Assembly (NCBI GenBank): GCA_047516945.1
Contig: JAKZTU010000093.1
Span: 2,456 to 66,455 of the forward strand
Direction: 5' to 3'
Source: Acidimicrobiales bacterium
GTDB lineage: Bacteria > Actinomycetota > Acidimicrobiia > Acidimicrobiales > Aldehydirespiratoraceae
Length of the DNA: 64,000 nt
Part shown: positions 37,849 through 46,549 of the stretch, piece after piece
How positions within the stretch are numbered: the first letter of the stretch is position 1
Layout: the number at the start of each line of letters is the position of its first letter
Notes under the pieces: generated by a model
Seen by the model: only the letters and a program-made list of their open reading frames with translations
Told to the model about the DNA's origin: nothing
The model's database searches: none
Translations under genes and position numbers: made by a program

Positions 37849-38052
37849 TCAAAAAACGGGTTCGTCGCGTTCAGTGAGAAGGTGTATCGCTTTTTCGACC
37901 GCGCGTCGGGCTCGTGTGAGGCGCCTCTCGTCAACCGGCAACTCTTGCCCGCCGGCGTCTATCGATTCCCTCAGGCGAATGATCGCGAGATCGGCCAGTT
38001 CCTCGGCAATTGTCTCAAGCCGGTTTCTAATATCGTCGAACTCCTGAGCCAT
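37849..38052 (-). CDS. Small helical hypothetical protein
   Basis: 67-aa ORF with non-random amphipathic sequence, convergent with fbiC. Confidence 0.4.
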   Translation of the reverse strand: MAQEFDDIRNRLETIAEELADLAIIRLRESIDAGGQELPVDERRLTRARRAVEKAIHLLTERDEPVF

Positions 38053-38117
38053 GGGTCGTACCGTATCGTTGGTAGCCGCGCGCTAGGACCGCGACCTGCG
38101 CGATCGGCGTTACCGTC

Positions 38118-38897
38118 GTGGCAATGGAAGCACCGGATCTTCGTGAATGGGTCAGTTTCGACGACGCCGAGGGTGCTACGTGGCATTTTGATATCACTTT
38201 TTTGACCAGCAATTACGGCTGCATCTATGGACGTGGTTGCCCGGGAGTGTTGACAGAGTTCGCGCCCGAGTACGAACACGGATGTTGCACCTACGGCGCA
38301 CACTTTGTCAGCGAAACAGACCGCAGCACGATTGAGGCTCAGATCGCCAGGCTTTCTGCTGACGAGTGGCAGTTCGCCGAACAGGCAGCGGAAAGAGGCG
38401 GCGCGATCTACACCAACGATGACGGTGACACAGTTACCCAGATGATCGATGATGCGTGCATATTGTTGAATCGACCCGGATTTTCCAAAGGTGCCGGCTG
38501 CGCGCTTCATCAAGCTGCTGACGCGCGTGGCGAACGCCCTATTGACTGGAAGCCCGATGTGTGCTGGCAGGTACCTCTTCGCTACGACGAGCACGCTGAA
38601 GACAATGGTCACATCAATCACGTTTTGAGGGAGTGGAAACGTCGTGATTGGGGTGAGGGCGGTGTGGAGTTCGCTTGGTGGTGTACCGATGATCCCCTAG
38701 CGTTTCGCGAAGACCGACCTGTGTGGAAGAGTCTGCGAAGCGAAATTGTTGAACTCATCGGCTCCGAGCAGTACGAACGACTGGTCGATTACATAAAGGT
38801 CCGTGACCAACCCGATGTTGGAAGTAGAGTGTTCTTGCCTCATCCGCAGGTTCGCCGACGCCGTGAGAGTAACGGCGAAATGAAAGAGAGTTCGTGA
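38118..38897 (+). CDS. Conserved-looking Cys-rich hypothetical protein (possible metal/Fe-S binding)
   Basis: Cys clusters (YGCIYGRGCPG, HGCCTYGAHF, DDACILL, GAGCALH, DVCWQ). The stop overlaps the ClC gene start (GTGA). Confidence 0.6.
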   Translation: MAMEAPDLREWVSFDDAEGATWHFDITFLTSNYGCIYGRGCPGVLTEFAPEYEHGCCTYGAHFVSETDRSTIEAQIARLSADEWQFAEQAAERGGAIYTNDDGDTVTQMIDDACILLNRPGFSKGAGCALHQAADARGERPIDWKPDVCWQVPLRYDEHAEDNGHINHVLREWKRRDWGEGGVEFAWWCTDDPLAFREDRPVWKSLRSEIVELIGSEQYERLVDYIKVRDQPDVGSRVFLPHPQVRRRRESNGEMKESS

Positions 38898-40588
38898 AGA
38901 AGTACCTGGGTTCTGTGGTTGGGGGGCAAGATGTCCGACTTCTAGGCGCTTCGATTGCGATCGGCGTCATTGTCGCGGTGGTGGTAGCACTCTTCGAAAC
39001 GCTCACCGAATCTGTGCTGCTCCATTGGCTGTTTGATCAGTCGCTTGTCGTCTTGGTGACGGCTCCTGTGGTGGGCATCCTCGCTGCCAACGGCTTGCTT
39101 CGCTGGGTCGGTCGCGGAACCAGTGGAGCAACCTCTGACGAGTACATTCGGACCTTTCACGAGCGACACCCTCGCTTGCCGATTGTTCATCTCCCGGGCA
39201 AGTTACTGGCCGGTGTGGCCACTATCGGAATGGGTGGTGCGGTTGGCATGGAGGGTCCCTCCATCTACGCGGGGTCTTCAATCGGACTCTGGGTTCATGA
39301 AAAAACCGGCTCCTTTTTGCGACGTGACAAGGCCCGTCTGCTTCTTACTGCGGGGGCCGCAGCGGGGATAGCGGCGGTATTCAAGGCACCCGCCACCGGA
39401 GTTATTTTCGCTATGGAGGCGCCTTATCGCGAAGATGTCACACCTCAAGCTTTGTTGCCGTCGCTGTTGGCTGCAGCGGCTAGTTATGCCACCTTCGTTT
39501 CGTTAGTCGGAACTGAGCCGGTAGTTCCATTCTTGGCTGGAGGCAGCGTCGTTGCCAGTGAGGTCGGCCTTTCGGTGCTTGGTGTTGATCTGATCGATTT
39601 GGCTGGAGCGCTGCTGTTGGGTATCGCCGCGGGGTTAGGCGGTCGTGGGTTTGCTTGGCTGGTCCGTCGTAGCAAGTCTGGAGCCAAGCGGTACTCACTG
39701 TCGAAGAGACTGCTCATTGGTGGCGTTGGCTTGGCGGCGTTGGCTTGGATCTCTGAGGTGGTTTTTGAGTCTCCGCTCACGCTTGGTCCTGGCACTGAGG
39801 CGATGGCGTGGGTGGTAGGTGACCGTGGTCTGGGACTCATTGCGTTGTTGTTCGGTCTACGAATGGCCGCAACGATCACGACTGTTTTTGCTGGTGGTGT
39901 GGGTGGCTTGTTTATTCCTCTGGCCGCCCTTGGAGTAGTGCTTGGCGAGTTTGTTGGTCAGGCCATCGGTAAGGATGAAACCACCCTCTACCCAATATTG
40001 GGGCTAGCGGCGTTCCTAGGTGCTGGGTATCGCGCGCCGATAGCCGCGGTGATGTTTGTGGCGGAGTCGACGGGTGGTGTGGGGAGCTTCGTTGTTCCAG
40101 CGCTCGTTGCAGCCGCGGTCAGCCAGGTTGTGGCCGGCCCGTCCTCGGTAGCCGACCATCAACGCTCTGTCCGCCTAGGTCATCTCGAACGACGATTTAC
40201 GCTTCCGCTCACTTCGATCTTGTCGACCGATGTGATGACGGTTCCTCCCGATGCCACGGTCTCGGAGTTTGTTTATTTCCATGTATTGGGGCGCCGCGAA
40301 CGGGTTGTGCCAGTTGTTGAAGGCGGACACTTCTTGGGACTCGCCCGCCTTGAGGACATCTCAGAGCTTGATCGCGGACAATGGGAGGAGACTGCGATCG
40401 GCGATCAAATGGCTACAGACCTTCCGGTGGGTCAACCATCGTGGACCCTACGCGACGCGGTCGCGGCCATGGGTGAAGCCGAAATCGATATTCTCGCGGT
40501 AACAGACGCCAGTGGTGCGTTCATCGGCGTCGTGACCGAAGACGACATCTTGAAACTTGACGAGATTCTTGACGAAACCGGCAACTAG
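38894..40588 (+). CDS. ClC-family chloride channel/antiporter with C-terminal CBS pair
   Basis: GMEGPSIYAGSS, GGLFIPLAALG and multiple TM segments, plus a CBS-like C-terminus. Confidence 0.9.
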   Translation: MKKYLGSVVGGQDVRLLGASIAIGVIVAVVVALFETLTESVLLHWLFDQSLVVLVTAPVVGILAANGLLRWVGRGTSGATSDEYIRTFHERHPRLPIVHLPGKLLAGVATIGMGGAVGMEGPSIYAGSSIGLWVHEKTGSFLRRDKARLLLTAGAAAGIAAVFKAPATGVIFAMEAPYREDVTPQALLPSLLAAAASYATFVSLVGTEPVVPFLAGGSVVASEVGLSVLGVDLIDLAGALLLGIAAGLGGRGFAWLVRRSKSGAKRYSLSKRLLIGGVGLAALAWISEVVFESPLTLGPGTEAMAWVVGDRGLGLIALLFGLRMAATITTVFAGGVGGLFIPLAALGVVLGEFVGQAIGKDETTLYPILGLAAFLGAGYRAPIAAVMFVAESTGGVGSFVVPALVAAAVSQVVAGPSSVADHQRSVRLGHLERRFTLPLTSILSTDVMTVPPDATVSEFVYFHVLGRRERVVPVVEGGHFLGLARLEDISELDRGQWEETAIGDQMATDLPVGQPSWTLRDAVAAMGEAEIDILAVTDASGAFIGVVTEDDILKLDEILDETGN

Positions 40589-40620
40589 GCGAGCGCGCTG
40601 CCGAGCCGAGAATCTGTGAG

Positions 40621-40821
40621 CTATTCGCTCCGCCGCGAAGAGTCGCTGACGCTAGCGTCATCGGCCTCATCTGCGAACTCATCGGCCCAAGCCAAATGCT
40701 CGGGTTTCAGCAGTTCGCCGCTGTCGTTGTTGAGATCTTCGAGTAGTCGATCAAAGTCGCCATCGTGTGAGCGTTTCAGCTCACGGGCTTCCTCGTAACG
40801 CCTGTGTCGCCCCTTTTTCAC
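40621..40821 (-). CDS. Small acidic protein, DUF3073-like
   Basis: Basic N-terminus (KKGRHRRYEEARELK) followed by an acidic tail. The family assignment is from memory only. Confidence 0.45.
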   Translation of the reverse strand: MKKGRHRRYEEARELKRSHDGDFDRLLEDLNNDSGELLKPEHLAWADEFADEADDASVSDSSRRSE

Positions 40822-40921
40822 TTTGCGAGCTCCAATTTGACGGTGCTAACGGTGAGGACGCATTGTAGCCGCTGATCGCACAAATCCGAAGCAACCGAGC
40901 ACTTTACTTCAAGTTCGCGGC

Positions 40922-42082
40922 TCACGTGATGGTCCGCCCTGATCGTTGTTCCAACACAACTACGTCATTGTCGAAGGCCAGCGAGGCATCGCCTTCGACA
41001 AGGCGACGAATGTGGTCACCGACGAGTTGTGCCCGCCAACCTTGGGCGAGACGAGGGCTGTCATCTCCGCGCAGGAACGCCTCCACATCGGCGCGCGTCG
41101 CCAAGAGCGCGGGATCGAGTTCGTTACCCCTGGCCACTTGGGCTATCCACGCGGTGGCGAGCGTGACCGCTGGACGATAATCCCTGGTATCAGTATTGCG
41201 TTTCGGGTTCTTGGGTGGGCGCCAGCCCGACTCGAGTCCTTCCTTCACGATCTGTAGAACCTCAAGGCCTTGCTGCCCCTTGACCATTCCACGGTCAATA
41301 CCCCGGATCTTGCTCAGGGCTTTCGGGCTGGTGGGCTTCGCCTGGGCGATGGAAGCGACCGCCAAGTCGGATAGCACGAATCGAACCGGCTGATTGATTT
41401 CAGCAGCACGACGCTCTCGCCAGGCGGCGATGGCGCGAACCACCGCTAAGGCCCGGCCCTTCAGATGGCGGGCCTCTTTGATTCTGTTCCACGCTTCGTC
41501 GGGATCACGAGGGCCTCGATTGCGGCACCGCATGACCTCAAACTCTGCTTCGGCCCACGAAATCCGATCGCGAGCCTTCAATTTTGATGTCAGGCGATCG
41601 TGTATTTCCAGCAAACGAGCCACGTCGGAGGCCGCATAGTCGAGTTGAGCGGTACCGAGTGGGCGTTCAAGCCAGTCCGTGAAGCGGCTTCCTTTGGCTA
41701 GAGGAACACCCAACTCGCGTTCGTGTAGGTACGCCAGCGACGGTGTTGAAAGACCGAGAAATCCTGCAGCAATCTGCGTATCGAACAAGCGCATAGGAAT
41801 AGCGCCGCACGCTTGTTCCAAAACTTCGAGGTCTTGTGTGGCAGCGTGGATCACTGCCAGAGCATCGCTGTCCATTAGCGCTTTCAAGGGCTTCAGATCG
41901 ATCGCCAGTGGATCAATCAGGACAATTTGGTCGTCCCAGGCGATCTGCACCAAAGCCACCGTTGGCCAATAGCTGTGTTCCCGGTGAAACTCGGTGTCAA
42001 GTGCGTAGCGATCTATTTGGCACAAGGTGTCGACGGTGGCGCATAGGTCGTCCTCACGGTCGATAATCCGATAATCGGGCAT
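40922..42082 (-). CDS. rnd: Ribonuclease D (DEDD 3'-5' exonuclease + HRDC)
   Basis: ALDTEFHREHSYWPTVALVQIA, DLEVL, YAASDV. Start set at ATG 42082 (MPDYRII), because the track extension overlaps the divergent gene. Confidence 0.88.
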   Translation of the reverse strand: MPDYRIIDREDDLCATVDTLCQIDRYALDTEFHREHSYWPTVALVQIAWDDQIVLIDPLAIDLKPLKALMDSDALAVIHAATQDLEVLEQACGAIPMRLFDTQIAAGFLGLSTPSLAYLHERELGVPLAKGSRFTDWLERPLGTAQLDYAASDVARLLEIHDRLTSKLKARDRISWAEAEFEVMRCRNRGPRDPDEAWNRIKEARHLKGRALAVVRAIAAWRERRAAEINQPVRFVLSDLAVASIAQAKPTSPKALSKIRGIDRGMVKGQQGLEVLQIVKEGLESGWRPPKNPKRNTDTRDYRPAVTLATAWIAQVARGNELDPALLATRADVEAFLRGDDSPRLAQGWRAQLVGDHIRRLVEGDASLAFDNDVVVLEQRSGRTIT

Positions 42083-42087
42083 GTGGC

Positions 42088-43083
42088 ATGCTAACCAACA
42101 GACAAGCAGAGATAGAGTCACCCACCGTGACGGACCAAGCGACCCCTCCCCCGAACTGGTACACCGATCCGGCCGACGAGTCGCAATACCGCTATTGGGA
42201 CGGTTCGGTTTGGACTGAGCACCGTGCCCCTCGCCTCGTCGAGGAGGAGCGCAAAACGCTGCGCGGTCCGATTCGACTGTTTGGCGACTCGTTCTCATTG
42301 TTGCGCCGCCAGTGGCGCGGCTGTGCGGTCGCCGCGTTGGTGTTGATCGCGGCGCAGTTTCTACTTATCGTGCTGTTTCGCTATAGCGCCGACCAAGTTC
42401 TGATGGGTGAGTTCGACGAGGCTTGGTCCAGGTTTTCCGATCCCGCCACGACGCCTGAAGATGAAGCATATTTTGAGTCGCTGGAGTCTGATTTCTCGGT
42501 ATCGAACTTTGTCGCAGCAGCTACCGGCCTGTTGGTGTTTTGGGTGGCGAGCAACTTGTTGACGGCGACCGCCGCTCGACTGACGCTCCGGGACCTGCGA
42601 GGCGACACCATCACCGTGTCGAAGGTGTCGCGCCAAGCATGGCGGCGGATCCCCCGGCTCATCGGGCTAGACCTTCAGGTGCTGGTGTTGGCAGTGCTGC
42701 TCGCGGCGATCATCGTACTGGTTGCTGTGACCGTGCCACTGCTGCTTATCTTGGTGATCCCAGCGGGTCTGTTTGCGTTGTTCCTGTCGAATCCCATTGT
42801 CTCGTTGGCGTATGTCGTTGCTTCGGTAGGCCCGGCCAAATCGTCGCTGAGCTACGCCTTCCGTCTTGTGCGCGGGCATTTCTGGGGGACGCTTGGACGG
42901 ATACTGCTGGTCACTGTGGTCGTCATGGGCGTCTTCTTGGTGGTTTCTGCGGTGACATCGCAGTTCGGGTTGTTCTGGGCGCTGCAAGAGTTGATCAATG
43001 CGGTGATTTCGGCAGTGCCGGCGCTGCTGATTACCATCGCTTCAGCGATCCTCTACTTCGACTTGGGTGGCGAATCCGACTAG
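42088..43083 (+). CDS. DUF2510-domain membrane protein
   Basis: N-terminal NWYTDPADESQYRYWDGSVWTEH motif followed by several TM segments. The start may be GTG 42127. Confidence 0.7.
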   Translation: MLTNRQAEIESPTVTDQATPPPNWYTDPADESQYRYWDGSVWTEHRAPRLVEEERKTLRGPIRLFGDSFSLLRRQWRGCAVAALVLIAAQFLLIVLFRYSADQVLMGEFDEAWSRFSDPATTPEDEAYFESLESDFSVSNFVAAATGLLVFWVASNLLTATAARLTLRDLRGDTITVSKVSRQAWRRIPRLIGLDLQVLVLAVLLAAIIVLVAVTVPLLLILVIPAGLFALFLSNPIVSLAYVVASVGPAKSSLSYAFRLVRGHFWGTLGRILLVTVVVMGVFLVVSAVTSQFGLFWALQELINAVISAVPALLITIASAILYFDLGGESD

Positions 43084-43101
43084 GGGCTGAGACCATCGGA
43101 G

Positions 43102-43695
43102 TCAACCGGAGCGTTCTGGGAGGTCGCGGGGATAATCGGCATCGTGGAACCACCTTGGATCTCCGTCGGCAAACCAGGAGATCTGCAGTTCTTCAACGGC
43201 TCGTTTCGGTGCTCTCTCACCGTTGGCAAATGAGCGTTCGAGTGCGCTGAGGGAGTTTCGTCGCCAGACTGCATGCAGCCATTCGGCCTGCCCCCCCAGA
43301 AGCGGTACCGACACACCGGCTTCGCCGAGAGCATGGCGCACGGCAGTAATTGCGACCGCTGAGGGTCGAGTCAAATCACACGACAGCACAGCCACGGTTT
43401 CAGCCGAAGTGCTGCGCAGCGCCGTAATGATTCCACCCAGCGGACCTTGGGAGGGCCACTCGTCTTCAACGTAGAGCAGGCCCAGGTCATTGACTCTTTG
43501 AGCGTCGCCGCCGACTACTACAACCGAGGCAGCACCGGCGTCATACAGCGCTGCGGTCGCTCTCTGCAGCAGTGTCAGGTTGTCGACCTCTACGAACGCC
43601 TTGTCTGTACCCATCCGCCGACTAGCGCCGCCGGCGAGCACGGCGCCCTCAAAGTCGGCAGAGCCCTCGCTTGGGGTCACCTCGGCGGTGGCCAC
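43102..43695 (-). CDS. MobA-like nucleotidyltransferase (molybdenum cofactor guanylyltransferase family)
   Basis: AVLAGGASRRMGTDKAF N-terminal motif. Confidence 0.75.
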   Translation of the reverse strand: MATAEVTPSEGSADFEGAVLAGGASRRMGTDKAFVEVDNLTLLQRATAALYDAGAASVVVVGGDAQRVNDLGLLYVEDEWPSQGPLGGIITALRSTSAETVAVLSCDLTRPSAVAITAVRHALGEAGVSVPLLGGQAEWLHAVWRRNSLSALERSFANGERAPKRAVEELQISWFADGDPRWFHDADYPRDLPERSG

Positions 43696-44099
43696 TCGGG
43701 GTCGAGTTGTCGCAGAAAAAGAGCACAGCGCTCGTCTTCATCAGTCTCACCAATGAGTGCCGCGCAAGCTTGCAGACCGGCTAAGGAGCGTAGAAAACCA
43801 CGGTTGGTCTCGTGCCGCCAAAGTACGTAACCGCTCCCCCGCCAGCCATTGGCTCTCAGACGATCCAGACCGCGGTGGTAGCCGGTGCGGTAAGCCGCAT
43901 ATGCCAACGCTGGGTCGTCGAGCGCGTCGCCCAGAGACGCCCAAGCAGCAAGTACTCGTGGCCAGCGAGCGCAAACGCGTGCAATCGCGGCGACCGGATC
44001 GTCCTCAGTCTGTGCGGACGCCAAGGCTTCGAGTGCGTCGGAGGGTTCGGGATCCAAAACCGTCTGAGACGGGCCGGAGGACAGTTGAACATCGCTCAT
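43677..44099 (-). CDS. DUF3151 family protein
   Basis: YRTGYHRGLDRLRANGWRGSGYVLWRHETNRGFLRSL matches my recollection of DUF3151. Confidence 0.65.
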   Translation of the reverse strand: MSDVQLSSGPSQTVLDPEPSDALEALASAQTEDDPVAAIARVCARWPRVLAAWASLGDALDDPALAYAAYRTGYHRGLDRLRANGWRGSGYVLWRHETNRGFLRSLAGLQACAALIGETDEDERCALFLRQLDPEWPPPR

Positions 44100-44168
44100 A
44101 GGCCAAGCCTACCGATCTGTGGTGGGGTTTCAGCAGTTGCACAGGGTGTGTAGGATAGTACCCATCTT

Positions 44169-44741
44169 ATGAATCTTCGTGAGTGGGCTGATGCTCAGGG
44201 TTTGCATTATCGGACGGCGTTGAAGTGGTATCATGACGGGTTGATGCCTGTGGAGTGTTGGCGGGTTGGGAAGTTGATCATGGTCGGCCCGAAATTGCCT
44301 GACACTCGTGTGGGTGGTGTCGTGGCTGTTTATGCGAGGGTGAGTTCGTCTGGACAATCTGAGGATTTGGACCGTCAGATAGCGCGTGTGTGTTCATGGG
44401 CGACTGAACAGGGTTTTGAGGTTGGTCGTGTGGTGTTGGAGGTTGGGTCTGGTTTGAATCAGAAACGCCGTAAGTTGATGCGGTTGTTGTCGGACCCTGA
44501 GGTCGCGACGATTATTGTGGAGCACCGTCATCGTTTGACTCGGTTCGGGTTTGAAGTGACCGAAGCAGCGTTGTTGGCGTCGGGACGCAGAATCTTGGTT
44601 GTTGACGACGGTGAGGTCGACGACGATTTGGTGCGTGACGTGACTGATGTGTTGACGTCGATGTGCGCCCGTTTGTACGGGAAACGTTCAGCGAAGATCC
44701 GTGCGACCAAAGCGATGGAGGCTGCTAGTGCCGAAATATAG
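44169..44741 (+). CDS. tnpA: IS607-type transposase TnpA (MerR-like HTH + serine recombinase)
   Basis: MNLREWADAQGLHYRTALKWYHDG HTH and VAVYARVSSSGQSEDLDRQ catalytic Ser motif. Confidence 0.9.
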   Translation: MNLREWADAQGLHYRTALKWYHDGLMPVECWRVGKLIMVGPKLPDTRVGGVVAVYARVSSSGQSEDLDRQIARVCSWATEQGFEVGRVVLEVGSGLNQKRRKLMRLLSDPEVATIIVEHRHRLTRFGFEVTEAALLASGRRILVVDDGEVDDDLVRDVTDVLTSMCARLYGKRSAKIRATKAMEAASAEI

Positions 44742-46116
44742 GCCTGCTGTGGGTCGACGCTTGCAGAGTTTCAAGTTCGCGTTGAAACCGACAGTTGAGC
44801 AGCAACAGAAAATCAACGTGTGTTTCGGTGCTCGCCGGTTCGTTCACAACTGGGCTGTGGCTCAGATCAAAGCACAGTTGTTTGTTTGGCGGTTTGTTCG
44901 TGTTTCGATGCCTGCACCGTCGTTTCGTGGTTTGCGTGCAACATGGAACCAGCAGAAACATTCGGTTGCTGTGAACACGGAAACTGGTGAGGCGTGGTGG
45001 ACGCAAATATCGAAAGAAGTGTTCAACGACGGTATCCAGTCAGCGGTTGATTCGTATTGGCGGTGGCAGAAATCGCGGGCAGGGACCCTCGCCGGTCGGC
45101 GTGTCGGTTTCCCGAGATACCACAAACGCGGTAAACGCCGAGACTCGTTCACGATCACCCGCGCCGACCCTGACCAGCAGTTACTAGGCCGCGGGTTCGT
45201 GCATATTCCGAGGATCGGCAAGGTCAAAACCTGCGAATCGACCCGCAAACTGGCTCGTTTGATCGAGCAAGGGCGCGGCGAAGCATTAGCGGTAACCGTC
45301 AGCCGTCAGGGAGGACGCATCTATGTCAGTGTGCGTGCCTGTGTGCAACGACCACAACAGCCACAACAGCATCCTGTGCCGTCGCGTGTTGGGGTTGATG
45401 TCGGGGAACGGGTGCTCGCTGTTGTCGCTAACTCCGACGGTAAAATCCTCGAACGTGTCGAAAACCCGAAACCGCTCACCAAATCGCTCGCCGAGCAGCG
45501 GCGCTTGAATCGTAAACTCGAACGTCAAAAGAAAGGCTCCAACGGCTGGAACCAAACCAAACAGGAGATAAACAAGCTTCATCACCGCATAGCGTGTGTC
45601 CGACGCGACGCAGTTCACAAACTCACTACACGGCTCGCTAAAAGCCACAGCGAAATCGTGCGTGAAGATCTGAACGTCGCTGGGATGCGCAAAGGCGGAG
45701 CTAAACACCTACGAGACGCACCCCTAGGCGAAATCGGCCGTCAAATCGACTACAAAGCCAAATGGTACGGCTCGAAAGTGATACTCGCCGACAGGTACTT
45801 CCCGTCGTCGAAAACATGCTCAGAGTGCGGTGAGATAGGTAACCCAGGCAGCAAACAGAAATGGCGTTGCGAACACTGCGATGTTGTTCACGACCGCGAC
45901 AACAACGCCGCGATCAACCTCGCCTGTTACCAACCAACAGAAAAAGAAGTAGTAGTAAACGAAGATGTAATCAACCGGAGAGTTGCCCCGGTGCAGGCCC
46001 CCACCGTGAGAAGTGGGGGGACCAGTCCAACTGGTCGAAACGGCGTACCAAAGACCGGCCCTGCGTCGGCAGTCGTACCGCCCTGTAAACACAACACCTC
46101 GAAAGAGGCAGCGTGA
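44728..46116 (+). CDS. tnpB: TnpB (OrfB) RNA-guided endonuclease family
   Basis: FKFALKPTVEQQQKIN N-terminus. RuvC triad candidates GVDVG, VREDLNV and HDRDNNAAINL, plus zinc finger CSECG..CEHC. GTG 44728 chosen as start; the track start at 44701 is also GTG. Confidence 0.9.
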   Translation: MPKYRPAVGRRLQSFKFALKPTVEQQQKINVCFGARRFVHNWAVAQIKAQLFVWRFVRVSMPAPSFRGLRATWNQQKHSVAVNTETGEAWWTQISKEVFNDGIQSAVDSYWRWQKSRAGTLAGRRVGFPRYHKRGKRRDSFTITRADPDQQLLGRGFVHIPRIGKVKTCESTRKLARLIEQGRGEALAVTVSRQGGRIYVSVRACVQRPQQPQQHPVPSRVGVDVGERVLAVVANSDGKILERVENPKPLTKSLAEQRRLNRKLERQKKGSNGWNQTKQEINKLHHRIACVRRDAVHKLTTRLAKSHSEIVREDLNVAGMRKGGAKHLRDAPLGEIGRQIDYKAKWYGSKVILADRYFPSSKTCSECGEIGNPGSKQKWRCEHCDVVHDRDNNAAINLACYQPTEKEVVVNEDVINRRVAPVQAPTVRSGGTSPTGRNGVPKTGPASAVVPPCKHNTSKEAA

Positions 46117-46200
46117 CTCCGCAAGGAGGCGTTAACGCGCAGCAAACCGCGTTAACAAGCAACGGTCTAGATTGCTGTCGGCGGTAGCTAGCATGGCGGA

Positions 46201-46533
46201 ATGTCGGCTGCTGCTCTTCCAGGTTGGCTCGACCCTGAGTTGTTGCAGTGGATCCTTGTCGTGGCGCTGGCGGTCGTTGCGTACTTGCTTTTCGTTGTGC
46301 TGCGCTTCGTGCGTCGCTTGGTAGCCAAGCTCGTGTTGTTGATTGCTCTTGTTGGTTTGGGCGTGTCGCTTTGGGCCCAGCGCGCAGACCTACAGGACTG
46401 TGCTCTCACCTGCGAGTGCAGTCTTTATGGTCAAGAAGTGGTAATTCCCTTCGAGGAACTGCCAGAAGATCTTCGAACTCTCGACGCGAACGGCGAGGCA
46501 CTTTGCCAAAGAGGTTCGTCGATTCTTACCTGA
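46201..46533 (+). CDS. Small two-TM membrane protein with a Cys-containing C-terminal tail (hypothetical)
   Basis: TM segments WILVVALAVVAYLLFVVL and LVLLIALVGLGVSLW. GGCGGA lies before the ATG. Confidence 0.5.
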   Translation: MSAAALPGWLDPELLQWILVVALAVVAYLLFVVLRFVRRLVAKLVLLIALVGLGVSLWAQRADLQDCALTCECSLYGQEVVIPFEELPEDLRTLDANGEALCQRGSSILT

Positions 46534-46549
46534 CGATCGGCCAGGCGCC

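Larger units (their letters stand above)
44120..46190 (+). mobile_element. IS607-family insertion sequence (tnpA serine recombinase + tnpB); ends approximate
   Basis: A tnpA/tnpB pair with overlapping ORFs, inserted between the divergent genes at 44099 and 46201. I could not find clear terminal inverted repeats, so the boundaries are only bracketed by the flanking gene starts. Confidence 0.75.
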
